Source of the DNA: Candidatus Enterousia sp. | GTDB lineage: Bacteria; Pseudomonadota; Alphaproteobacteria; Rs-D84 | Direction: 5' to 3' | NCBI GenBank assembly: GCA_045613345.1 | Contig: JAZLAT010000005.1 | Span: 3,588-67,587 of the forward strand | DNA: 64,000 nt | Shown: positions 44,758-53,694 of the stretch, one piece after another | How the letters are laid out: each line of letters opens with the position of its first letter | How positions within the stretch are numbered: the stretch's first letter is position 1 | The notes under the pieces: model-generated | Database searches by the model: none | What the model saw: the letters and a program-made list of their open reading frames with translations, nothing else | Told to the model about the DNA's origin: nothing | Made by a program: the position numbers and the translations under genes

Positions 44758-45192
44758 ATGACAGAACAAGAATTATTAAAAATTTTAACTGAACGAGGCG
44801 CTGTTTTTGCACCGCCCGCACCAGTTGGACAAATAAATTTGATAAATTTAAACCTTCAAAAAATTCGCGTGGCAACCTTGCCAAAATATATGTCAAACCT
44901 TTACAAAACATGTAACGGAATAAATTTGGATTCTGGGTATATCTTTGGCATGACCGAAACCAAACGCGGCACAAAATATCCCATTCCGAACATATTACAA
45001 ATAAATGAATCTTTGACAAACATCGACGCACTGCGTGGAAGAACTGTATTTGGGCGCAACGATTTATTCTGGTTTGCATTTGACACGGGTGGCAAATGCA
45101 TGATGCTTGATAATTTGAATCTTGGGATATTGCGACAATACGAAGACCCTTATCGCGCGATATTTGAATGTTTGGTTGGGGGAAAAATTTAA
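44758..45192 (+). CDS. SMI1/KNR4 (SUKH-superfamily)-like protein
   Basis: LQKIRVATLPKYMSNLYKTCNGINLDSGYIFG and FWFAFDTGGKCMMLDNLNLGILRQYED fit the SUKH N- and C-terminal patterns. Confidence 0.55.
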   Translation: MTEQELLKILTERGAVFAPPAPVGQINLINLNLQKIRVATLPKYMSNLYKTCNGINLDSGYIFGMTETKRGTKYPIPNILQINESLTNIDALRGRTVFGRNDLFWFAFDTGGKCMMLDNLNLGILRQYEDPYRAIFECLVGGKI

Positions 45193-45193
45193 T

Positions 45194-45406
45194 ATGAAAA
45201 AAATATCTGTATCTTTATCGGGGCATCAAACCAGTATATCACTGGAATCTGAATTTATCGACGCGTTGCACAGCATCGCACGCGACAAGAAAACATCTGT
45301 GGCTGCAATTATTTCAAAAATTGACGAAACACGAAAAATAGGCACAAACCTTTCTTCGGCGATTCGCGTGTGGATATTGGATTACTTTCGGCGCGAAACC
45401 ATATAA
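45194..45406 (+). CDS. ribbon-helix-helix protein (RHH_4 family)
   Basis: Start trimmed to MKKISVSLSGHQTSISLESEFIDALHSIA ... NLSSAIRVWILDYF. ATG lies 1 nt after the preceding stop. Confidence 0.78.
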   Translation: MKKISVSLSGHQTSISLESEFIDALHSIARDKKTSVAAIISKIDETRKIGTNLSSAIRVWILDYFRRETI

Positions 45407-47385
45407 ATCCACATATTCATCAAACATGCAACAATCAGAATGGCTATCATGCATAAATCGCGTCCAATCATACGATAGACCGTCTTGTGTGCTCCACACA
45501 CAGCCCCATCTGTAATTCCGGCTTGCCCAACGGGTATTGCGGAAATTATACGACCATCGGCTGCAACAAATGCGCTTATCCCCGAATAGTTGGCGCGCAC
45601 AATTGGAACCCCGGATTCAATTGCATATCGACGCACCATATCCAAATGTTGGTATGTCCCCGGAGTTTTCCCAAACCAATTATCATTTGTAACATTCACT
45701 ATGGCATCTGGGGTTTTATTTCCAGCGATCAAAGAATCAGAAAATATAATCTCGTAACATACTGCGGGCGCAAAGACAAAATTTCTATTGCCAATTTTTA
45801 TATCAATCAATTCTGGACCTGAACCTGGGGTCAACATTCCTGGGGTTGGAATCAAATTTCCGAACGGTCTGTATTCACCAAAAGGAACAAGATGCGATTT
45901 ACTGTACACATGAGAAATATTACCTTGGGCATCAACATTTACCAAAGAATTATATAAATTTCCATCACTATAATAATTTGCACCCATAATAATCGGACGC
46001 GATAAAATTTGAGCAATTGAAATAATATCGCCGTCCATAACAACAAAAGGATACGCAGTTTCAGGAAACACAACCAGATCATATTCACCTTCGACATTCG
46101 CCAATGCGGTCATAAATTCTATATTATGTTTAGCGTTTTGAATCGCCGCACTGCGCGAATGTGTTGCCTTTTGCACGGCACTTTGTGCAGGCTGCACAAT
46201 GCGCACAAGTGGTGATTCCGCTTCACACTGTGATGCATTGATGTTTTTTATTCCGTATAAAATGCCAAATATACCAAACAGGACAAATAAAATTGTCACA
46301 AACCAATTTTTTGAATTATGACGGTTCATTATAATTTCACACAAACCACCAATAATTCCAACTATCACAAAACTCAAACCCAATGCACCATACAACGACA
46401 TAGAATTTGCAATATATAAATTATTTATGGCGATATTCGCAATTGGATTCCACGGAAACCCAGTAAAAATCCATTCACGCATCCATAAAATCAATGTCCA
46501 AATTGATGCAAATAGAATCGGTCTGCACACTGGATTTATTCGATTTCCCGTCATAACAACAAAAGGAATTGAAAAAAAGATTCCGCCGACAACGCCGATA
46601 CCGAACAATGCAGGCAAAGTCCATATTGCAAATTCGCGTGCCAATTCTGGGACAACATAAATGCTGTTCAACACCCACCAAAACATAGCCATTGCATAGA
46701 ATGCACCAAACGGAAACACCCGCCAAAATCGCCGCCACACTCCAAATCCAAACAATGTTTTAACACTCAATACATACGCGCCACCAATCCCGATAAATAT
46801 TGCCCACCAAAAATGAAAAGGCGCAAACCCGAATGCAGCAACAATTGCACAAATTGAAAACAAAATTGTACGTCCAAATGCACCGCCAAAAAAGCGATGA
46901 AACCAACCTATTGTTTTGCCACCCGGGCAACATTCAGAATCGACGCATACAGCGGATTCCGCTGTATAGGGATTTTTGTATCCCAATTTTTTCAATATTA
47001 TTGTTTCGCGTTTTTCCATTTTTTCTGCATCAGAATTTTTAATATGATCATACCCCAATAAATGCAAAATTCCGTGCACAACCATATGCGCCGTATGTTC
47101 CGCAACCGAAATATTTTCTTTTTGGGCTTCACGCGCAACTGTATCCAATGATATAAAAATATCACCCAACAAAATATCATCGCCTAACTCGAACGATAAA
47201 ACATTTGTTGCCTTGTCCAACCCACGATATTTTTTATTTATTTTTCGAATCTCGCGATCGTTTACCAATGTCAATGAAACTTCGGCATTTTTGTATTTTG
47301 CGCCAACAACCACATCGGCAATTTTTTGAAAATCTATATTATATTTATTCCATTTTTTATTTTGCACATTGACATATACGCGCAT
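45382..47385 (-). CDS. lnt: fusion protein: YbeY endoribonuclease domain + apolipoprotein N-acyltransferase (Lnt)
   Basis: Start trimmed to MRVYVNV (SD GGGGGA). YbeY metal site HGILHLLGYDH at about aa 100. Then Lnt TM bundle and CN-hydrolase motifs VVFPETA, KSHLVPFGEY, VCYEIIF. Single uninterrupted frame. Confidence 0.85.
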   Translation of the reverse strand: MRVYVNVQNKKWNKYNIDFQKIADVVVGAKYKNAEVSLTLVNDREIRKINKKYRGLDKATNVLSFELGDDILLGDIFISLDTVAREAQKENISVAEHTAHMVVHGILHLLGYDHIKNSDAEKMEKRETIILKKLGYKNPYTAESAVCVDSECCPGGKTIGWFHRFFGGAFGRTILFSICAIVAAFGFAPFHFWWAIFIGIGGAYVLSVKTLFGFGVWRRFWRVFPFGAFYAMAMFWWVLNSIYVVPELAREFAIWTLPALFGIGVVGGIFFSIPFVVMTGNRINPVCRPILFASIWTLILWMREWIFTGFPWNPIANIAINNLYIANSMSLYGALGLSFVIVGIIGGLCEIIMNRHNSKNWFVTILFVLFGIFGILYGIKNINASQCEAESPLVRIVQPAQSAVQKATHSRSAAIQNAKHNIEFMTALANVEGEYDLVVFPETAYPFVVMDGDIISIAQILSRPIIMGANYYSDGNLYNSLVNVDAQGNISHVYSKSHLVPFGEYRPFGNLIPTPGMLTPGSGPELIDIKIGNRNFVFAPAVCYEIIFSDSLIAGNKTPDAIVNVTNDNWFGKTPGTYQHLDMVRRYAIESGVPIVRANYSGISAFVAADGRIISAIPVGQAGITDGAVCGAHKTVYRMIGRDLCMIAILIVACLMNMWIYMVSRRK

Positions 47386-47447
47386 ATTTTCCCCCTTTGA
47401 CAATCAGTATTTTATTTAATAAACTTATTATAACAAAGAAAAACAAA

Positions 47448-48731
47448 ATGTCTAATACAACTCGACCTTTGGCTGATTTAATGCGTCCGAACACTATTGA
47501 TGACATAGTCGGTCAACGCACGTTACTTGGTGAAAACGGCATTATTCGCCGCATGGTTGACAACCATAAATTATCAAACCTTTTGCTGTGGGGCCCACCG
47601 GGGTGCGGCAAGACCACAATTGCACGTGCATTGGCAAATTCGGTTGACATGGATTTTGTTCCGATGTCTGCGGTGTTTTCTGGGACATCTGACATAAAAA
47701 AAACTATGGAAGTTGCACGCACAAACGCGTCACTTGGTCGTGGAACATTGTTGTTTATTGATGAAATTCATCGTTTTAATAAAACACAACAAGATACATT
47801 ATTGCCTTACCTTGAAGACGGAACTGTGGTTTTTATTGGTGCGACGACCGAAAACCCAAGTTTTAATTTGAATAACGCGTTATTATCGCGTTGCCACATT
47901 GGTGTCTTAGAACCGTTAGATACTCCGGATTTATTGGTCTTGATTGATCGCGCCGAAAAATACCTTGGCAAAAAGATCCCATTAAATGATGACGCACGCA
48001 AACATTTGGCAGAAATTTCTGATGGTGATGCGCGCTTTTTGTTAAATACCGTTGAATATTTAATATCGGCACGATTCAAAAAGAAATTGTGCCCCGATGA
48101 TTTGGATTCCGTGATTCAAAAGCGCGCACCGCTGTCTGATAAATCAGGCGACGAACATTATAATATGATATCGGCGGTGCATAAATCATTGCGCGCCAGT
48201 GATACTGATGCGGCACTTTATTGGGTTGCGCGCATGATGACCGCCGGTCAAGACCCGATGTACATATTCCGCAGACTCACCCGATTCGCGATGGAAGACA
48301 TCGGGCTTGCGGATCCAAACGCGATGCAAATGGCATTGGCGGCATGGCAGATTTACGAAAGAATGGGCAGTCCCGAAGGCGATTTGGCTTTGACCGAATT
48401 AGTGATATACCTTGGCACCGCGCCAAAGAGTGTTTCCGCATATCGGGCTCAATCTGCTTCGTATCGCGTTGCACGTGAGACATCAAACCTTATGCCACCA
48501 AAAAATATTTTGAATGCTCCGACAAAAATGATGAAAAATTTGGGATACGGCAAAGACTATGTATATGACCCCGACACTGAATCAGGATGCAGTGGTCAAA
48601 ATTGTTTTCCTGAATCTATGTCGCGTCAACACTTTTATCATCCGATTGAACGCGGATTTGAACGTGAAGTAAAAAAAAGATTTGAATACTGGAACGCTTT
48701 ACGTATGCGCGCGAACAAAACATCAGAATAA
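47448..48731 (+). CDS. rarA: replication-associated recombination protein A (AAA+ ATPase)
   Basis: Start trimmed to MSNTTRPLADLMRP. GPPGCGKTT, LFIDEIHRFNK, MgsA C-terminal domain (DAALYWVARM). Confidence 0.92.
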   Translation: MSNTTRPLADLMRPNTIDDIVGQRTLLGENGIIRRMVDNHKLSNLLLWGPPGCGKTTIARALANSVDMDFVPMSAVFSGTSDIKKTMEVARTNASLGRGTLLFIDEIHRFNKTQQDTLLPYLEDGTVVFIGATTENPSFNLNNALLSRCHIGVLEPLDTPDLLVLIDRAEKYLGKKIPLNDDARKHLAEISDGDARFLLNTVEYLISARFKKKLCPDDLDSVIQKRAPLSDKSGDEHYNMISAVHKSLRASDTDAALYWVARMMTAGQDPMYIFRRLTRFAMEDIGLADPNAMQMALAAWQIYERMGSPEGDLALTELVIYLGTAPKSVSAYRAQSASYRVARETSNLMPPKNILNAPTKMMKNLGYGKDYVYDPDTESGCSGQNCFPESMSRQHFYHPIERGFEREVKKRFEYWNALRMRANKTSE

Positions 48732-49436
48732 GATATTCACACGCAATCCGGCGGTAACATCTTCGTCTTCGAATGCGTACTCAAAGTGACCGACATATTG
48801 GGTTCGTCCATATTCCCGCACCACCCGTAATCCGACTGATTCTTCATCATATTGTTTGTCTGTCGCTTTGCGCAGTGTAAAATCTGCACCGACACGCCAA
48901 TTGTCATTAACGCGCAAATAAATTGATGGTGTCAAATCAATAAACGCGACACCATGGTCTTTATTAAAAATCCAATTAGACTTTATCATACCCGCCAAAG
49001 TCACCGCGCTATACTGTTTACCAAAACGCATTCCAATATAATATGTAGAATCCGCATAATCGGGCGTACGCACACGTGTAGACCCACCAAGCTTTAATCC
49101 CGCCAACACATCATACATTATTTCATTATCGTTTTCATCGGCGGTTGCGATGCGATATATTCCGCCCAAATCGACACTTGAAAAGCCGTGTTCAGACCCC
49201 GAAAAATCTTGTTGATAATGCACATTTGCACCAAAAACAAACCTGTCTGAAAAAGCAACCGATAAAGATTGCCCTAAACGCAAACCTGTTTCAAAATAAC
49301 TTAAATCTGTTTCCGACAAAACATGCCCGCGCCCATTCATAAACAACGGGTCCGAAGTATCAAGTGTTAAATCACTTGAAAACGCCGAACAAGGCGCAAC
49401 CACGCCGAACAAGAAACACAGAATTTTACGCATCAA
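48723..49436 (-). CDS. outer-membrane beta-barrel protein
   Basis: Signal peptide MMRKILCFLFGVVAPCSAFS. Beta-strand alternation and terminal ...RVNILF. Confidence 0.68.
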   Translation of the reverse strand: MMRKILCFLFGVVAPCSAFSSDLTLDTSDPLFMNGRGHVLSETDLSYFETGLRLGQSLSVAFSDRFVFGANVHYQQDFSGSEHGFSSVDLGGIYRIATADENDNEIMYDVLAGLKLGGSTRVRTPDYADSTYYIGMRFGKQYSAVTLAGMIKSNWIFNKDHGVAFIDLTPSIYLRVNDNWRVGADFTLRKATDKQYDEESVGLRVVREYGRTQYVGHFEYAFEDEDVTAGLRVNILF

Positions 49437-49499
49437 TCAGTTCCCATTTTTTCCTTTAATTCGGTGATGACGTTGCATCACCACCGAATCATGTTCATC

Positions 49500-50678
49500 T
49501 TAAAAATAGAATATAACCTGGGCACCGAACGACATTTCGCGATACTTGTCCAACTTGGCTTGTCCCGCAGAAACCCATACACCCGATGTATTTGTTCCAA
49601 TTACATCCAATGCTTTTCCATCGGCACTGTCATAGAAAGTTGTCCGCGCATAAAGGTTCAATGCGAACCAATCATTTGGTTGCCATCCAATTGCGCCTTT
49701 GACATATGCCTGGTTATGCCAATCATAGTGTCCGAATACGCCTTCCAAATTTAATGTCCAATCTTCACCCAAAACACTAAACACCCCCAAACCACCTTCA
49801 ACAAAGAAGCTTGTTTTCGCATCATCATCATATATGATAAAGAACGAAGCCTGGCTGCCACTTGCATTGCTTCCAACGACACCGTTGCCATAAATTTCAT
49901 CATCAAAGTCGACTAACCAACCACGTCCAAAACCGTAAATAGTTGACTTTGCAATCTTGTAACCCGCACGCAAATCCAAAGCAAACTCATTTGCAACATC
50001 TTGTTGACGTTCATAATATGCCGATAATGTCCCAATCCATTTGTCATTATCAGTAAACCGCCATTGCAAACCCGCACCATAAAGGTTCAAACCATTATCT
50101 TTGACTTCGTCATCGGGCGTTGTCGGTAAAGACCAATCAAATTTGGACTTTGTAAAATCATATCGACCCATAACCAGAACCGCCAACTGGTCAGTTATAC
50201 CAAAGCTGAAATCTTCTTTAACGGCAAACTGGTTCATCGACCATTTTGCGGACGTATCATCCCATGCCGTAGAATCTGTCAATGTAAAATCATAAGACGC
50301 CATATTATAACTTAAATCTGTTATCGAACCGAATTTGCCTTCTGTCGGTTGAAAGAACGGATGCGCAAGGTAATATTTCCGTTTCACAGTGCTGCGCGTA
50401 GTGGTTGTCCGATTCGTTGTCGCCGCATTTGAACGATACATTTGTGCACGATTAGACGGCTGGTAATAAGCACCACTGACGGCGCTACGCGCACCGGCAT
50501 CATTGTAAGTGCGTGTCGTCGAACGTGTTTCATATTTCTGGTAATTCACATTCATGGGATTTGTACGCATCACAGGCGAATTAGTTGCCATATTTGCACT
50601 TGTGCCATAGCCAACCGCCGCGAACCCAGGCATCGCCACAGAAGTTGCCAGAATAATTACCGGTAAAGATATTTTCAT
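49500..50678 (-). CDS. large outer-membrane beta-barrel/porin-like protein
   Basis: Start trimmed to MKISLPVIILATSVAMPGFAA (SD GGAG). Terminal ...GAQVIFYF. Confidence 0.72.
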   Translation of the reverse strand: MKISLPVIILATSVAMPGFAAVGYGTSANMATNSPVMRTNPMNVNYQKYETRSTTRTYNDAGARSAVSGAYYQPSNRAQMYRSNAATTNRTTTTRSTVKRKYYLAHPFFQPTEGKFGSITDLSYNMASYDFTLTDSTAWDDTSAKWSMNQFAVKEDFSFGITDQLAVLVMGRYDFTKSKFDWSLPTTPDDEVKDNGLNLYGAGLQWRFTDNDKWIGTLSAYYERQQDVANEFALDLRAGYKIAKSTIYGFGRGWLVDFDDEIYGNGVVGSNASGSQASFFIIYDDDAKTSFFVEGGLGVFSVLGEDWTLNLEGVFGHYDWHNQAYVKGAIGWQPNDWFALNLYARTTFYDSADGKALDVIGTNTSGVWVSAGQAKLDKYREMSFGAQVIFYF

Positions 50679-50737
50679 ATTTAAACTCCTTTCATTACGG
50701 GTAATTATACCACAAAAAATCCCATTAACCAAGATAA

Positions 50738-50849
50738 TAGTGTTAGTGGTTAGTGACAGTGTTAGTGGAGGTATCTGGAACAAACCCACAATCACGGAAT
50801 TATTTCAGAGACTACTAACCACTAGCCACTATCACTAATCACTAACACT
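50738..50849. repeat. 112-bp inverted-repeat element of the GTTAGTG family, overlapping the dnaA stop codon
   Basis: Left arm: tagtgttagtggttagtgacagtgttagtgg (50738-50768). Right arm: ctactaaccactagccactatcactaatcactaacact (50812-50849). Core tctggaacaaacccacaa matches the core at 23754. The dnaA TAG (50842-50844) lies inside the right arm. Confidence 0.85.
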
Positions 50850-52122
50850 TATATTCATCAACCATTTCGGAAATTTGGGCAGACAATACCAAATCAGAAC
50901 CCGCTATTTTTTCAATACGGTCAATTGCGTACATAACTGTCGCATGATCACGACCGCCAACATAAGAACCAATCTGTTCCAAAGACAAATTCGTTGCGCG
51001 TTTCAACACAACCATCATTATCTGACGCGCCAAGACCAATGCACGATTGCGACCCGATCCACAAACCGCATCATATGATACACCCAATTTTTCACACATA
51101 TCTTTGACAATCACAACCGGAGATTTAGACTTTTTCAATGTATCAACCAAAAGATTTTCTATAACAGTTTCTGTTATATTGCCCCCAACCAATTCACGAT
51201 AAGCAGAAATTTTATTCGCAATTCCCCCAACCAAATGACCATTTGCCGAAACACGTCCCGCAATCATATCAGCAATATTTTTTTCCAAGCCCGCACGCAT
51301 CAACATATTGCAACGAACCGTGCGCGTTGGTGCAACCACATCTGCAACCAAGCCCGACGCTAACAAAGATTGCGCACGATGATCAAACCCAGTTAAATTG
51401 CTTGGGGCGGCATCAGCGGTCAAAATTATATTTTTCCCCGCATTACGCAAATCAACAATCAATTGCAAGAATTCATCACATGTGGCACGTTTCCCGGACA
51501 ACACTTGGACATCGTCCATAATAAATGTATCACAATTACGACAATAATCTTTGAATGCAAAAATTGTCTTGTCATGCAACGCACGCGCAAATTCAGAAAC
51601 AAAGGTCGCCCCCGACATCATAACAGTACGTCCATGCGATGCCGCATTTACACAACCCGCCAACACGCTTTTGCCCGAACCCGCCGGTCCATAAATAAAC
51701 AGCGGCGAAAAAGTCGCACTTCCCGCCGCCATCTTTTTGCATGCCGAAACGACAAATGCATTTTCTGGACACATAACAAAAGAATCAAAATCACCTGATT
51801 CAACATTTTCTACAATCGGCGCAGAATATGTTTGCATATTATTATCATTTGCACCCGCATTCCGAACCGGTTTAGCCACAGCCACAGAAACACACACATC
51901 AACACCATATTTTTCTGATACAAAATCCAAGACGTTTTTATATGTGGCGTTTATAAAATCAACCGTGAACTGATTCGGGGCAAACAAAGTCAAAGCATTA
52001 CAAGACAATTCAAAACGCAAAGGCGCGAACCAAGCAGTAAAACAGGCCGAATCCATTCTTGTGGCAATATCATTTTTGATAGTTTCCACATTTACCTGTC
52101 TGTTTATAATCGCCGCCTGCAT
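50842..52122 (-). CDS. dnaA: chromosomal replication initiator DnaA
   Basis: Start trimmed to MQAAIINRQ (SD GGAGAA). Walker A GPAGSGKS, FIMDDVQ, C-terminal DNA-binding helix GGRDHATVMYA. Confidence 0.95.
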   Translation of the reverse strand: MQAAIINRQVNVETIKNDIATRMDSACFTAWFAPLRFELSCNALTLFAPNQFTVDFINATYKNVLDFVSEKYGVDVCVSVAVAKPVRNAGANDNNMQTYSAPIVENVESGDFDSFVMCPENAFVVSACKKMAAGSATFSPLFIYGPAGSGKSVLAGCVNAASHGRTVMMSGATFVSEFARALHDKTIFAFKDYCRNCDTFIMDDVQVLSGKRATCDEFLQLIVDLRNAGKNIILTADAAPSNLTGFDHRAQSLLASGLVADVVAPTRTVRCNMLMRAGLEKNIADMIAGRVSANGHLVGGIANKISAYRELVGGNITETVIENLLVDTLKKSKSPVVIVKDMCEKLGVSYDAVCGSGRNRALVLARQIMMVVLKRATNLSLEQIGSYVGGRDHATVMYAIDRIEKIAGSDLVLSAQISEMVDEYKC

Positions 52123-52592
52123 TCTGTTTCTCCTTTTGGTTCCCAAGAGGCTTCTGCCGGTCCGATGGTATATAAAACCCACCCGCATAAAAACGCCAAA
52201 TATTACCGAACCCGCATAAATCCGATAAAAATTCAGTGTTTATTATGTCTACCTACTTTCACTCTCTCGCGTTTATTTTAATTTTATTTTTTTACTTTGA
52301 TTCCAACTTATCGCCAATCTAAATTAAATCCTGTCAACCGTCTTATTCAACCTTTATTACTAATCTGACTTCTGCAAAATTTATATTTAATCTTTCCTTC
52401 TAAAAAACTTATATCTAACCTTTCCTTCCAATCAGAACAACCTTCCGTTTAACTTCGAAAGATAATGTATAAGATTCATTTCTATTTACAACTATTTTTT
52501 CATAAATTTTTTAAAATTTATTTTTTGACAACGATTCGGATTTTTACCCGTTTTCTGCACTTTGTATATACATTGTATAGACAATTTATTAT
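52123..52592. other. AT-rich dprA-dnaA intergenic region with direct repeats (candidate dnaA control region / oriC)
   Basis: 470 bp with no credible ORF. acccgcataaa occurs twice (52178-52188, 52210-52220). 20-mers ttatatttaatctttccttc (52381-52400) and ttatatctaacctttccttc (52409-52428) match 18/20. No perfect TTATCCACA box was seen. Confidence 0.3.
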
Positions 52593-53612
52593 TTATGCAC
52601 GAACATATCCAGAATCTGTTTTTCGGACTAAACCTTGCAATTCCAATATCACAAGTTCGCGTTTAATTTCCGTAATATTTTTTCCGACAATTTCTGCCAA
52701 TACAGATTCAGACAAAGGAACCGTTCCTATTTTATCCAAGATTTCGTTTTCCGATTCGGTGCCATTCATTTTTTTAACTGATTTATCGGACTCTTCAAAG
52801 AAATCTGATGCACCCATACACAACACCGCGCGTCCCGACCGAATCAGTGAATTTGGTCCCATGCCGCGTGAATCTGCGGGATGTGATGGAATTGCGTATA
52901 TCGGTCGCGCAAATTTTTCGGCAAATTCCACGGTCTTCATACTGCCAGATTTCAAATCTGCTTCGGATAAAATAAGTTTTGACCCGATTGCTGCGATGAT
53001 TCGATTCCTTTGAGCAAAATTTGTTCCTTTGGGAATAAATCCCACGGGCATATCACTAACCACCACACCGCGTTCCAGTATTTCATAATATAATTTTTCG
53101 TTTTCCACCGGCCAAATATAATCGGCACCGCCCGCCAACACGGCAACAGTATTTTGATTACCCGCCGCACGCAGTGCACCAATATGCGCCGCCGAATCGG
53201 TTCCGATTGCCATACCACTTACCACAGAAACCCCATGCGATGCAAAAGTATTTGCAATATTGGCAACAAATTCCATACCCGCCGCCGTTGCATGACGCGT
53301 TCCAACCATCGCAACCGATTCGCAACGCAAAGTATCAATATTTCCACGCGCCGTTAAAATCGGCGGATGATTTTTAACCGCACGTAACCCCGCCGGATAC
53401 CGCGAATCGGTATCCATAATATATTCTATATTTAACCGCTGTGCCGTATCCATTTCGCGCATCACCGAATCGCGATGTTTTGCATCGGGGTTTAAAAAAT
53501 CAAGCGCTGCGGACACAGAACCGAATCGCGAAACAAGCTCGTTATATGCAACCGGCCCCACACGTGGGCTGCGCAAAATCAGTAAAGATTCGTATATTTC
53601 GTTCATTTTCAC
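52593..53612 (-). CDS. dprA: DNA-processing protein DprA
   Basis: VVSGMAIGTDSAAHIGAL Rossmann-fold motif and a C-terminal winged-helix-like tail. Confidence 0.88.
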   Translation of the reverse strand: MKMNEIYESLLILRSPRVGPVAYNELVSRFGSVSAALDFLNPDAKHRDSVMREMDTAQRLNIEYIMDTDSRYPAGLRAVKNHPPILTARGNIDTLRCESVAMVGTRHATAAGMEFVANIANTFASHGVSVVSGMAIGTDSAAHIGALRAAGNQNTVAVLAGGADYIWPVENEKLYYEILERGVVVSDMPVGFIPKGTNFAQRNRIIAAIGSKLILSEADLKSGSMKTVEFAEKFARPIYAIPSHPADSRGMGPNSLIRSGRAVLCMGASDFFEESDKSVKKMNGTESENEILDKIGTVPLSESVLAEIVGKNITEIKRELVILELQGLVRKTDSGYVRA

Positions 53613-53694
53613 ACCAATATAAGATTATTTTCCACCGAATCGCAAGAAAAAATGCCCAAATGGGCACATTTTCAAAATCGCCATAGCAAACGCG

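Noticed and set aside
49500-50795. N-terminally extended versions of several ORF-track entries: 49500-50795, 50842-52188, 30816-32021, 41861-42685, 42659-43480, 47397-48731, 10099-11163 and 4546-4854.
   Set aside because: Internal Met codons preceded by good SD sequences give N-termini matching the expected family starts or signal peptides. The extensions run into neighbouring genes or repeat elements.
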